From the NCBI GenBank assembly GCA_000989515.1, contig LBOM01000002.1, positions 5,453 through 69,452 of the forward strand: DNA of 64,000 bases. Direction: 5' to 3'. Below the pieces are notes generated by a model that was not told where the DNA came from, did not search any database, and saw only the letters and a list, made by a program, of their open reading frames with translations. Shown here piece after piece: positions 45,673 through 55,524 of the stretch. Origin of the DNA: Candidatus Nomurabacteria bacterium GW2011_GWE1_32_28 (GTDB lineage Bacteria > Patescibacteriota > Minisyncoccia > Phycocordibacterales > UBA9973). A program made the position numbers and the translations under genes. The stretch's first letter is position 1; the number at the start of each line of letters is the position of its first letter.

Positions 45673-46968
45673 ATGAAAACGATTTTTAAAAAAATATTAA
45701 CATATATATTACAAATAGAGTCACGACTAGTACTTTGGAAATATAAACCAAAAGTTATTACTATTACTGGATCTGTAGGAAAGACTTCCACAAAAGATGC
45801 AGTGTATGCTGTAATTTCTGGGATTTCTCATGTACGCAAAAGTGAAAAAAGTTATAATAGCCAAATAGGATTGCCTCTTACTATTTTAGGATGTTCAAAT
45901 GGATGGAATAATCCTCTTGCTTGGATTTTGAATGTTTTAAAAGGATTTTGGCTTTTTGTTTGGCCTCATAAGTATCCTAAATGGCTTGTGCTTGAAGTTG
46001 GAATAGGTAAACCAGGAGACATGCACGAGACAGCTTCATGGCTTCAGAGTGATGTCGTCATAATCACAGCCATAGGAGAGACACCTTCTCATATAGAATT
46101 TTTTGAATCACGTAAACATCTTATAGAAGAAAAAAGTAAACTTATAAAAACTCTTAAAAAAGATGGAATTTTAATATTAAATAATGATGATGAAGCTGTT
46201 TCAGGATTTAAAGAAAAAACAAAAAACTTAATTTTTACTTTTGGTTTTAAAGATAGTTCTGATGTAAAAGCTTCTGGGGATAGTATTCTTTATAATGATA
46301 AAGAAATTCCAGAAGGTTTAATTTTTAGGATAGATCAAGATCAGAATAGTTTTCCTGTTATTATTGAGGGATTATTTGGAAGAAATCATGTATATGCTTC
46401 TCTTGGAGCTCTTGCTCTTGCTGTAGGCTTGAAATTAAACATAATAGAAGCCATAAATAAACTTAAAAATTATAACGTTCCACCAGGACGTATGCGTTTT
46501 TTAAAAGGAATAAATGATTCTTTTATCATAGACGATACATACAATTCTTCTCCTTTTGCTTGCGAATTTGCCCTTAGGACCCTAAAGGAGGTTAGATTGA
46601 TTGGTAGGAAGATTGCTGTCTTGGGTGATATGTTAGAGCTTGGAAAACACACCGAAGAAGCTCATAAAAATATTGGTAAAATTGCGAAAGTAAATTCTGA
46701 AATACTTATAGTAGTGGGACCTAGAGCAAAAAAAATAAAAGAAGGTGCCATAGAAGAAGGAATGAAAGATCAAGATATTTTTGAATTTTCTGATTCATTT
46801 GAAGCTGGAAAATTCCTCGAAACATTTGTACAAAAAAATGATTTTATACTCATTAAAGGTTCTCAAGGAATGCGCATGGAAAGGGCAGTAGAGTCTATAC
46901 TTTTAGATAAAGAAAATAAAGTTAAACTTCTTGTCCGCCAGGATCCTGAGTGGTTGGATAAGAAATAA
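45673..46968 (+). CDS. murF: Mur ligase, most likely UDP-MurNAc-tripeptide--D-Ala-D-Ala ligase MurF
   Basis: ITGSVGKTSTKD P-loop, IDDTYNSSP motif, about 430 aa, follows ftsI. Confidence 0.65.
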   Translation: MKTIFKKILTYILQIESRLVLWKYKPKVITITGSVGKTSTKDAVYAVISGISHVRKSEKSYNSQIGLPLTILGCSNGWNNPLAWILNVLKGFWLFVWPHKYPKWLVLEVGIGKPGDMHETASWLQSDVVIITAIGETPSHIEFFESRKHLIEEKSKLIKTLKKDGILILNNDDEAVSGFKEKTKNLIFTFGFKDSSDVKASGDSILYNDKEIPEGLIFRIDQDQNSFPVIIEGLFGRNHVYASLGALALAVGLKLNIIEAINKLKNYNVPPGRMRFLKGINDSFIIDDTYNSSPFACEFALRTLKEVRLIGRKIAVLGDMLELGKHTEEAHKNIGKIAKVNSEILIVVGPRAKKIKEGAIEEGMKDQDIFEFSDSFEAGKFLETFVQKNDFILIKGSQGMRMERAVESILLDKENKVKLLVRQDPEWLDKK

Positions 46969-47011
46969 AAACAGAGTAAACGTATAACGCCTACTCTGTG
47001 TTAAGAAGCTT

Positions 47012-47125
47012 TTAGGGCTTCTTCAATGTTTTTTTAGAAGGAATTATTAACAAAATGAATGCAGAAACTAAAAGAAAAATTCCTAATATAGTTTCTGGTT
47101 CTGCTTGATTAAGGTATTCAAACAT
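47012..47125 (-). CDS. Unannotated 37 aa small membrane protein
   Basis: GGAGG 7 nt upstream of ATG (cattggaggttaaaATG). MFEYLNQAEPETILGIFLLVSAFILLIIPSKKTLKKP with one TM helix. Not in the supplied track (below length cutoff). Confidence 0.4.
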   Translation of the reverse strand: MFEYLNQAEPETILGIFLLVSAFILLIIPSKKTLKKP

Positions 47126-47231
47126 TTTAACCTCCAATGAATAATTTTAATTTTTACTTTATTACTTTTTTAAGTATAGCATACCTTGGTTTATTTGTCA
47201 AGGTATAAAGTAAAAAACAAATAGAAAAGTG

Positions 47232-47393
47232 TTACTCAATATAATTTTCTCCTTTTTTACGTGGAAGGATATCATGTATCCTTAACCAAGATATTATACC
47301 TTTTCTACCTATAAAAACATAGATTAAAAATATAATAAAAAAAAGTTGTAATATTCCTAAAAGAACAAAACTTATTATTTCTAATATTTCCAT
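47232..47393 (-). CDS. Unannotated 53 aa small membrane protein
   Basis: AAGGAG 6 nt upstream of ATG. MEILEIISFVLLGILQLFFIIFLIYVFIGRKGIISWLRIHDILPRKKGENYIE. Confidence 0.4.
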   Translation of the reverse strand: MEILEIISFVLLGILQLFFIIFLIYVFIGRKGIISWLRIHDILPRKKGENYIE

Positions 47394-47638
47394 AAAATCT
47401 CCTTTTTAAAATTCATTTAAAATATATCTTTAATAAATGAATTTGTCAATTTTTAGTTGGTGACTCTACAGCTTTAATTGAAGGGCTTTTTCATAATTTG
47501 ATAATGAATTTATTTTTTTGACAAAAGTACAAATTAGTATTAATATAAAATAAATGCCCAATAAATGGGTTATTTCTTTGAAAAATAAATTAAAATCAAT
47601 TTAATAAATTCATTAAATAAACAAAAAAGGAGTCTTTC

Positions 47639-50017
47639 ATGAAAGTACTATTGTTGTTATTGTTTTCTAGTGTTAACTTACTAGGACAAGAAATTGATCT
47701 AAAAATTCCTGATATGAGCACAGCTTATTTTGGGTTTGCTAATGGTTGGCAGATTTTAATGGCAGGAACATTAGTGATTATTGTAACTTTATCTTTCAGC
47801 TTATTTATGAGCTGGAAAATAAAAACAAAATCTGCACATTATTCCATGTTGCAGGTTTCAGAAATAATATACCAAACTTGCAAAACTTATCTTGTAAGTC
47901 AAGCAAAATTTTTAATGACTTTGTTTGCATTTACAATGATTATTATTGTTATTTATTTATCACAGATGCCAAGTGGGAGATTTTCTTTCTTTGCTTCTGT
48001 TGGATATGTTTTTGTTTTTTCTTTACTAGGAATGATAGGTTCGTATCTTGTAGCATGGTATGGAATAAGACTAAATACTTGGGCAAATTCTAGGACTGCT
48101 TTTTTATCTTTAAAAGGCAAACCATGGGAAATAGTCAACCTTCCACTTCAATCAGGTATGGCGATAGGACTTTTTCTTATATCATTAGAATTGATAATGA
48201 TGGTGATTATTCTTCTGGCTGTTCCTCGTGAATTGGCGACGTATTCCTTTTTAGGTTTTGCTATAGGTGAATCATTGTGTGCATCGGTTTTAAGATTAGC
48301 AGGTGGAATCTTTACAAAAATTGCTGATATAGGTGCGGATTTAATGAAAATTATCTTTAAGGTAAAAGAAGATGATCCTCGTAATCCGGCAACTATCGCA
48401 GACTGTACCGGTGATAATGCGGGAGATAGTATTGGACCGACAGCTGATTTTTTTGAAAGTTATGGTGTTACAGGTGTAGCTCTTATAACATTCTTTTTAC
48501 TTGCGGTTCCTGATTCTATGCTTCAAGCTAAGCTTATAGTATGGATTTTTTCTATGAGATTTATTATGGATGTGTCTTCAGGTATATCGTATTTCATTAA
48601 TCAAAAAATTTCTGAAAAGAAATATGCTAATCTAACTGAGTTTGATTTTGAAGAACCTCTAACAAGATTGATTAGAATTGCAGCTTTTGGCTGTATTATG
48701 ATTAGTTTTATCGTAAGTTATATACTATTATCCCATCTAGGAAATGGATATTGGTATCAACTTGCAAGTATAATAAGTCTTGGTACTCTTAGTGCGCTTT
48801 TGATACCCGAACTTACTAAAGTTTTTACTTCTCCTAAGTCTGTATATGTTGGAGAAATAGTGAAATCAGGCAGGGAGGGAGGTTCTGCACTTGTAGTACT
48901 TTCAGGAATAGTTACTGGTAATTTCTCTGCTTTTTGGCAGGGAATGACGATGCTTTTAATTATGTTTCTTGGTTTTGTTATAGGAAAATTTTCTGGATTA
49001 GAAAATTTAATACCTCATATCGACGTAGGATCTTTAGGATTAATTGCATTTGGAATGTTGTGTATGGGCCCGGTAAATATAGCTACCGATAGCTATGGTC
49101 CAGTTTCAGATAACTCTCAATCTATTTATGAATTATCTCAAATTGAGAAATTACCTAACATAAGAGAAGAAATAAAACGTAATTTTGGATTTACTCCAAA
49201 TTTTGAAAAGGCAAAAGAATTATTAGAAAGAAACGATGCTTGTGGTAATACTTTTAAAGCTACAGTAAAACCTGTGCTTATAGGTACAGCAGTCTCTGGT
49301 GCTACAATTATGGTTTTTTCTATTATGTTACTTCTTGAAAAAGTTGGTATGCTTAATTTAAGTTTAAGTGAGCCGCCGGTTCTTTTTGGATTAATAGCTG
49401 GAAGTGCTTTTGTTTTTTGGTTTGCTGGAGCTTCCACACAAGCAGTTACAGCTGGAGCATATAAAGCTACAGCATTTGTAAAAAAGAATTTTTCTTTTAA
49501 TGTAGAAAAAGCTAGTGTTGAAGATTCTAAAAAAGTAGTAGAAATATGTACTACATATGCTCAAAAAGGAGCATTAAATATTTTTTGGGTGCTTATCTCT
49601 ATCACTATTGGTTTCTCTTTAATAGACCCAAATTTCTTTATTTCTTATTTGATTGCTGTCTCTGTTGTTGGGCTTTTTATGGCTATTTATATGGCCAATG
49701 CTGGTGGAGCATGGGACAATGCAAAGAAAGTAGTGGAAGTAGATCTTAAGCTTTCCAATACTCCACTACATGAAGCGACTATTGTTGGAGATACGGTAGG
49801 TGATCCTTTTAAGGATACCTCCTCTGTTGCTCTAAACCCAATAATCAAATTTTCTAGTCTATTTGGTTTGCTTGGGATTGAGTTAGCTGTTAAGTTTGCT
49901 GTAACAAAAGATGGAATAACTTCTTATACGTATTTCCACTTTATTGCAGCAGCAGTTCTTTTGACAGTTGCTCTTGTTTTTGTGTGGCGTAGTTTTTACA
50001 CCATGCGTATGGACTAA
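47639..50017 (+). CDS. hppA: K+-stimulated membrane H+(Na+)-translocating pyrophosphatase
   Basis: DCTGDNAGDSIGPTADFFESY, GDTVGDPFKDTSS and NAGGAWDNAKK motifs. 16 TM helices. First ~25 aa may be an N-terminal extension. Confidence 0.9.
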   Translation: MKVLLLLLFSSVNLLGQEIDLKIPDMSTAYFGFANGWQILMAGTLVIIVTLSFSLFMSWKIKTKSAHYSMLQVSEIIYQTCKTYLVSQAKFLMTLFAFTMIIIVIYLSQMPSGRFSFFASVGYVFVFSLLGMIGSYLVAWYGIRLNTWANSRTAFLSLKGKPWEIVNLPLQSGMAIGLFLISLELIMMVIILLAVPRELATYSFLGFAIGESLCASVLRLAGGIFTKIADIGADLMKIIFKVKEDDPRNPATIADCTGDNAGDSIGPTADFFESYGVTGVALITFFLLAVPDSMLQAKLIVWIFSMRFIMDVSSGISYFINQKISEKKYANLTEFDFEEPLTRLIRIAAFGCIMISFIVSYILLSHLGNGYWYQLASIISLGTLSALLIPELTKVFTSPKSVYVGEIVKSGREGGSALVVLSGIVTGNFSAFWQGMTMLLIMFLGFVIGKFSGLENLIPHIDVGSLGLIAFGMLCMGPVNIATDSYGPVSDNSQSIYELSQIEKLPNIREEIKRNFGFTPNFEKAKELLERNDACGNTFKATVKPVLIGTAVSGATIMVFSIMLLLEKVGMLNLSLSEPPVLFGLIAGSAFVFWFAGASTQAVTAGAYKATAFVKKNFSFNVEKASVEDSKKVVEICTTYAQKGALNIFWVLISITIGFSLIDPNFFISYLIAVSVVGLFMAIYMANAGGAWDNAKKVVEVDLKLSNTPLHEATIVGDTVGDPFKDTSSVALNPIIKFSSLFGLLGIELAVKFAVTKDGITSYTYFHFIAAAVLLTVALVFVWRSFYTMRMD

Positions 50018-50038
50018 TTTTAAATTAATTAATTAAAG

Positions 50039-50066
50039 GCGAGAATATAATTCTCGCCTTTTTATA
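50039..50066 (+). terminator. Intrinsic terminator after hppA
   Basis: aggcgagaatataattctcgcc + ttttt. Confidence 0.8.
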
Positions 50067-50161
50067 ATTATTAAAGAGCTTTTCTTACATAATACTTCCA
50101 TAATGATTTGTTAATACTGATTACTTTTAATAATAACATATTCTTATAGTTTTGTCAATTG

Positions 50162-50233
50162 TGACCCTACAGAGAATCGAACTCTGATTTTATCCTTGAG
50201 AAGGATACGTCCTGACCGTTAGACGATAGGGCC
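50162..50233 (-). tRNA. tRNA-Glu (anticodon CTC)
   Basis: ggccctatcgtctaacggtcaggac ... ttCTCaa ... gagttcgattctc. Near-identical acceptor, D and T arms to the tRNA-Glu(TTC) at 32687. Confidence 0.8.
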
Positions 50234-50338
50234 TCATATAGAATATAGCATTTTAAAATAAAAATAAAAATAAAAAAGAGCGCACCTTTTGAGAACGCTC
50301 TGAATTTTAAAAATTATTTTTTCCCTGTAATTGCAATC

Positions 50339-50449
50339 TTATTCTTTTTTACAAGATATTTTTCTGATTTTTTTTTCTTTCCTTTTTCCTTTTCTGAGTT
50401 TTGCTTTTTCTCTCTTTTCCGCACGGTTTTGAAAATGTTTCTCTGACAT
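50339..50449 (-). CDS. Small highly basic protein (36 aa)
   Basis: ATG with GGAG 7 nt upstream. MSEKHFQNRAEKREKAKLRKGKRKEKKIRKISCKKE. The longer 71 aa version in the track has no upstream signal. Confidence 0.3.
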   Translation of the reverse strand: MSEKHFQNRAEKREKAKLRKGKRKEKKIRKISCKKE

Positions 50450-50573
50450 GAGTAACTCCATTAGTTTATAAAAAAAATAGGTAAAACTAAAACAGAATAC
50501 TTTATATAAAGAGCATTCTAAATAAACTATGAACCTAAAATAGTGTTTTGTCAAATAGACTGTGGAAAACTTT

Positions 50574-51632
50574 TTAGTCTTCTTCTGACTTTGGTTTTTC
50601 TAGTGAAAGTGTAGAAAGCTCTGGAGAAGTGCCTGATATTTTTAATACATCTTTGTCTATTTTTTTGAGCTCTTTATTTGAAGCATTGTAGTGGTTTACA
50701 ACAGTGCCTAATGCATTACCAAGCTTGTCGTGGTATTCGTCAAAAGATTTTAAATGTTTTCCTAGATCTTCCACTTTTTTTATTATTTCTTTTGCAGACT
50801 CTTCTATTTTGAGGGCCTTGAGTCCTTGTAGCACTGTTTGTAGATATGCCAAGAAAGAAGTGGGGGATGTGATAATTACTTTATATTTTCCTGCTGCTCT
50901 TTGAATAAGGTTTTCATTCTCGCTATCATTTATATTCGTTGCACCTACTTTATTTGTAAGAAGATCATAATAAATAGCTTCGTGTGGTATAAACATGAAT
51001 GCAAAGTCTGTAGTACCCTTACTTGGTTGAATATATTTTGCAGTTTCTGTTATTCTATTTTTTAAATCATTCACGAAGATTGTCTCTAGCTTTTTCTTTT
51101 CGGCCATATTTTGCTCCTCAGCCATTTTATTGTAATTCTCCAAAGAAAATTTAGAATCGACAGGAATTATTTTATCTTTCACAAAAACAACAGCATCTAC
51201 AATAGTGCCATCAGGAAATGGATATTGCATTTGATAGGATCCAGGTGGTAAAACATTTTTTAGAACTGTTTCTAAATAATATTCGCCGAGTATTCCACGT
51301 TGCTTTGGATTTTTTAATACATCTTGCAGGCTTTGTAATTGGTCAGCAAAAGATATGACTTGTTTGTTTGTCTCGTCTAATCTAGTAAGTCTTTCTGTAA
51401 CATCACGGATTATTTCATTTGATTGAGAGGAATGGAATTTTAAACTTTCTTGTACTTGTTTGTGTGATTCGCCTAGTTTGTTGTCTACTGTACGTGATAG
51501 TTCGTTTAATTGAGTGAGAATAAGATTCAAACCAGTATCGTTATTATTATTTTCTACTTTTTTATTAAATAAAAAATAAGCAATAATGCCTCCGATCAAA
51601 ACTATTATAATGATTGTTAAAATATTTTCCAT
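50574..51632 (-). CDS. rmuC: DNA recombination protein RmuC
   Basis: N-terminal TM helix, long coiled coil, C-terminal RmuC nuclease-like domain (FAFMFIPHEAIYYDLL). Confidence 0.75.
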   Translation of the reverse strand: MENILTIIIIVLIGGIIAYFLFNKKVENNNNDTGLNLILTQLNELSRTVDNKLGESHKQVQESLKFHSSQSNEIIRDVTERLTRLDETNKQVISFADQLQSLQDVLKNPKQRGILGEYYLETVLKNVLPPGSYQMQYPFPDGTIVDAVVFVKDKIIPVDSKFSLENYNKMAEEQNMAEKKKLETIFVNDLKNRITETAKYIQPSKGTTDFAFMFIPHEAIYYDLLTNKVGATNINDSENENLIQRAAGKYKVIITSPTSFLAYLQTVLQGLKALKIEESAKEIIKKVEDLGKHLKSFDEYHDKLGNALGTVVNHYNASNKELKKIDKDVLKISGTSPELSTLSLEKPKSEED

Positions 51633-51654
51633 AGTTTTTCAAATAAATTATATA

Positions 51655-52380
51655 CTATTTATTTAAATAATGTTTTAACGTATAAATCCAATCTTCATCT
51701 TCAGAATTTTCATTTTCTTTTGTTTTTAGAAACCATTCTAGATATCCACGGTCAGTCTTTGCTACATCTTCTACTGTTTTACCTATATGTTTTCCAAATG
51801 AGAACGAATGCATGAGTGAAGGCTTGGAGGATATCTCTATCATATTTTTATATACTTCTTCATCAGAAAAATTATTTTCTTTTTTTATTTTATCAAAAAG
51901 TCTTTCAAATAATTTTTCTAGTACCAATACATCTCCAAGAGCATCATGAGCTGTAGCATCTATATCTATATCTAAGAAATAACGTAAGAATTGTAATTTA
52001 TGTTGAGGAATTTTATTTTCTTTGTCTAATGCACGAGCAACACGTAATGTGCAGATAACATTCTTAGGGTTTATATCTTCTTTTTTTATTATGGCTAGAT
52101 CAAACTTGGCATTGTGAGCTACCATTATAGAATTTTCATCTTCAAAAAGATTTTTTATTTTTTTAAAATCACTACTTTCTTTGAAAGAAGTCTTATTTTC
52201 TACCATTTTGTTTGTTATGTGATGTACGGCAGAAGCTTCTGGTGGTATTTTGATTTCTGGTTTGTATAATTCACAGAATGTTTCATCTTTTATTTTATAT
52301 GCTAGTTGGCATAGGAAATCTTTACTATCTACTCCTGTTGTTTCTGTATCAAAAAATATAATATTTTGTTCTTTATTCAT
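51655..52380 (-). CDS. DEDDh 3'-5' exonuclease (DnaQ/epsilon-like)
   Basis: Exo I FFDTETTG, Exo II MVAHNAKFDL, Exo III HDALGD. Confidence 0.8.
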   Translation of the reverse strand: MNKEQNIIFFDTETTGVDSKDFLCQLAYKIKDETFCELYKPEIKIPPEASAVHHITNKMVENKTSFKESSDFKKIKNLFEDENSIMVAHNAKFDLAIIKKEDINPKNVICTLRVARALDKENKIPQHKLQFLRYFLDIDIDATAHDALGDVLVLEKLFERLFDKIKKENNFSDEEVYKNMIEISSKPSLMHSFSFGKHIGKTVEDVAKTDRGYLEWFLKTKENENSEDEDWIYTLKHYLNK

Positions 52381-52382
52381 AC

Positions 52383-52868
52383 TTGGTTATTTTAACATAT
52401 TTTTGGTATAATATTATAATGCTACATGAACAAATAAAAAATAGTATAAAAGATGCAATGTTAAAGAAGAATTTTGTTTTGCTTGAAACACTCCGTTCTA
52501 TGGTTTCTGCATTCACAAACGAACTTGTTTCTAAAAATAAAAAACCTAGTCAATTTTTATCTGATGAAGAAGTTTTGATTGTGATAACACGTCTTGCAAA
52601 ACAAAGAAAAGATTCGATAGAACAATACAAAAAAGGTAATCGTCAGGATCTAGTAGATGAAGAAAGTGCTCAATTGTCTATATTAGAGACTTATTTACCT
52701 AAATTAATGGAAAGAAATGATATTGAGGTGATTGTTAAAGATAAAAAAGTAGAATTAAATATTACAGATGTAACCAAAAAAGGGATTTTAATGCAAGCAA
52801 TAATGAAAGATTTAAAAGGTAAAGCAGATGGTGGAGTTGTTAAAGAGATAGTTGATAGTCTTTTTTAA
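52383..52868 (+). CDS. GatB/YqeY domain protein
   Basis: About 150 aa helical protein with the YqeY-like pattern (SILETYLPK...). Confidence 0.6.
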   Translation: MVILTYFWYNIIMLHEQIKNSIKDAMLKKNFVLLETLRSMVSAFTNELVSKNKKPSQFLSDEEVLIVITRLAKQRKDSIEQYKKGNRQDLVDEESAQLSILETYLPKLMERNDIEVIVKDKKVELNITDVTKKGILMQAIMKDLKGKADGGVVKEIVDSLF

Positions 52869-53502
52869 TTTTAATATGCATACAGTACAAGTTCTAAATC
52901 AATTAGTAGAAAATCATCAAATAATAGCATATTTAATAATTTTTGTAGGTCTTATTATTGAAGGTGAAGTTGTTGTTATTACTGCTGGTGTTTTGTCATA
53001 TTTGGGAGCTTTAGATTTTTGGATATCACTTTCTTTTATTTTAGCTGGTGGAATGGTTAAAACATTTGGTGGCTATTATTTAGGAGGTTTCCTTCATAAA
53101 AAATATAATCATCATAGATTTTTTAAATATCTTGAGAAAAGAGTTTTTTATTTTATACCCAGGTTTGAACAAAAACCATTTTGGTCTATTTTTATTTCAA
53201 AATTTATAATTGGTGTAAATTATTTAGTTATTATTTTTTCTGGATATAGTAAAATTTCATTAAGAACATTTTTAAAAGCTGAAATATTTTCTACAATAAT
53301 TTGGGCGCCAATACTTTTGTCACTAGGATTCTTTTTTAGTCAGACTGCATTATCTTTAAGTAAAGAAATAGGTAGGTTTTCTTTACTTATATTTATATTT
53401 CTTTTTATATTCCTATTTTTTGATAAATTAATTGCCTCATTCTATCGAATCTTTGAATTTTTAAAGAATACTAATATTATTAATGAAAAAGAAAATGAAT
53501 AA
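52852..53502 (+). CDS. DedA/SNARE-associated family membrane protein
   Basis: About 200 aa, 4-5 TM helices, LIIFVGLIIEGEVVVITAGVL DedA-like N-terminus. Confidence 0.5.
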   Translation: MIVFFNFNMHTVQVLNQLVENHQIIAYLIIFVGLIIEGEVVVITAGVLSYLGALDFWISLSFILAGGMVKTFGGYYLGGFLHKKYNHHRFFKYLEKRVFYFIPRFEQKPFWSIFISKFIIGVNYLVIIFSGYSKISLRTFLKAEIFSTIIWAPILLSLGFFFSQTALSLSKEIGRFSLLIFIFLFIFLFFDKLIASFYRIFEFLKNTNIINEKENE

Positions 53503-54388
53503 AAAAAAATTAATTACACATAATGGATCTTTTCATTCAGATGATATTTTTGCTGCTGCCACACTTTCTCTATTATTAGAAAAAAGTGGTGAAAGTTTTG
53601 AAATAATACGTACTCGTGATCCAGAAATAATTAAAACAGGGGATTACGTTTTTGATGTTGGTGGAGTTTATGATGAAAATATAAATAGATTTGACCATCA
53701 CCAAAAAGGATTTGAAGAAAAAAGGTCTAATGGGATTATTTATTCTTCTTTTGGTTTAGTTTGGAAGAAATTTGGTGTTGATTTAGTAGGATCACAAGAT
53801 ATAGCAGATATTTTAGATAAGAAACTTACAGCTCCTATAGATGCTTCTGACAATGGTATTGATTTAGTTGAAAATAAATATGATGTATCGCCTTACTTTT
53901 TACAGTATTTTTTCTTTTCAATGAATCCAACATGGAATGAAAAAAAACTAGAGAAAGATGAAATGTTTTTAAAATGTATAGATATTGCAAAGATGATCCT
54001 CTCTAGAGAAATTATTCAAGCTGAGCATTTTATTTTAGCAGAAGAAAAAATAAAAGAGGATTATGAAAATTCAAAAGATAAAAGAATAATTATTTTAAAT
54101 AAAGATTATTCATATGAAAATATTTTAAATAAATTTACTGAACCTATTTTTGTTGTTTATCCAAGGACAGACAATATTAGTTGGGGTGTAAAGGCCATAA
54201 GAGAAGATCCAAAGAATTTTAAGAATAAAAAAAATTTACCAAAAGATTGGGGTGGTTTAATGAATGAAGAATTGCAAAATATCACAGGTGTTGAGGATGC
54301 TATATTTTGCCATAAGGCACTTTTTATGGCAGTAGCAAAATCTAAGGAAGGAGCTATAAAATTAGCTAATTTAGCACTTTCAGTGTAA
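53483..54388 (+). CDS. MYG1/UPF0160 family metal-dependent hydrolase
   Basis: THNGSFHSDD N-terminal signature and DHHQ motif (RFDHHQKG). Confidence 0.7.
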   Translation: MKKKMNKKKLITHNGSFHSDDIFAAATLSLLLEKSGESFEIIRTRDPEIIKTGDYVFDVGGVYDENINRFDHHQKGFEEKRSNGIIYSSFGLVWKKFGVDLVGSQDIADILDKKLTAPIDASDNGIDLVENKYDVSPYFLQYFFFSMNPTWNEKKLEKDEMFLKCIDIAKMILSREIIQAEHFILAEEKIKEDYENSKDKRIIILNKDYSYENILNKFTEPIFVVYPRTDNISWGVKAIREDPKNFKNKKNLPKDWGGLMNEELQNITGVEDAIFCHKALFMAVAKSKEGAIKLANLALSV

Positions 54389-54482
54389 AATTAAGAAAAT
54401 CAAAAATTTTTGAGCCTTCGCCCTCGGAGTCATAAGGACAGGGGACCCACGACTCTTAAAATTTTTATTTTCTTAATTTTAT

Positions 54483-55517
54483 ATGGCATTTATAGATGAA
54501 ATAAAAATATATGGAGAAGCAGGCACTGGTGGCAACGGTGTTGTTCGTTGGCGTCAGGAGAAATTTATACCCAAAGGTGGGCCTGCAGGAGGTGATGGTG
54601 GACGTGGTGGTGATTTTTATGTTCAAGCTGTTCGCGATATACACATACTTTCAAAATATAAGGCAAAGAAAAGTTTTTATGCCGATAAGGGTGAGGATGG
54701 TGGAAATAAAAGTTTACATGGAAAAAGTGGTGATGATTTTATTTTAGAATTACCTATTGGATCTATCATTACAAATTTAGATACAGAAGAAAAATATCAA
54801 CTTTTTAAGGAAGGAGAAAAAATATTACTTTTAAAAGGTGGCTATGGTGGATTTGGGAATGAACATTTTAAAAGTTCTACAAATACAACTCCACAAGATT
54901 GGCGCCCCGGAGAAGAAGGAGAACATGGTGATTTTCACATAGAATTAGAACTTTTTGCTGACATAGGCCTAGTGGGGCTTCCCAACGCTGGTAAATCATC
55001 ACTGCTTAACTCTATAACCAATGCAGATGCAAAAGTAGGTGATTATGCTTTTACTACGTTAGATCCTAATTTGGGTGATTTTTATGGATATACGATAGCT
55101 GATATCCCAGGACTTATAGAAGGAGCAAATATGGGAAAAGGATTGGGGGTCAAATTTCTACGACATATAAAACGCACTAAGATGATTGCGCATCTTGTTT
55201 CTTTTGAAAATTTATCTAAAGGTTCTACTGGTATGATAAAAGTTTATAAAGAGATTCGTAAGGAACTTGAAAAATATGATAAGAATTTAAATTTAGAAGA
55301 TGAAGGTCTTTCTCTTAAAGATGAGATAATTATTTTGACTAAATCTGACACAGTAGAGAATGATAAAACAATAGAAAGAGAAAAAAGTAAATTTAAAAAA
55401 ATACTTGCCCGTTCCTCTGGCGGGAGTAAGAAAGTTTTTGTGTTGTCTTTATTTGATGATGATAGTGTAAAGAATCTGAGAGACGAATTAGTGAAAATTT
55501 TAAAGAAAAAGGTATAA
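54483..55517 (+). CDS. obg: GTPase Obg
   Basis: Glycine-rich Obg fold (GGNGVVRWRQEKFIPKGGPAGGDGGRGGD), G1 GLPNAGKSSLL, G3 DIPG. Confidence 0.9.
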   Translation: MAFIDEIKIYGEAGTGGNGVVRWRQEKFIPKGGPAGGDGGRGGDFYVQAVRDIHILSKYKAKKSFYADKGEDGGNKSLHGKSGDDFILELPIGSIITNLDTEEKYQLFKEGEKILLLKGGYGGFGNEHFKSSTNTTPQDWRPGEEGEHGDFHIELELFADIGLVGLPNAGKSSLLNSITNADAKVGDYAFTTLDPNLGDFYGYTIADIPGLIEGANMGKGLGVKFLRHIKRTKMIAHLVSFENLSKGSTGMIKVYKEIRKELEKYDKNLNLEDEGLSLKDEIIILTKSDTVENDKTIEREKSKFKKILARSSGGSKKVFVLSLFDDDSVKNLRDELVKILKKKV

Positions 55518-55524
55518 TAATAAG

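Noticed and set aside
54371-54395. CIRCE (HrcA) element resemblance in ttagcactttcagtgtaa upstream of obg
   Set aside because: Only the TTAGCACT half-site is present. There is no N9-GAGTGCTAA partner.
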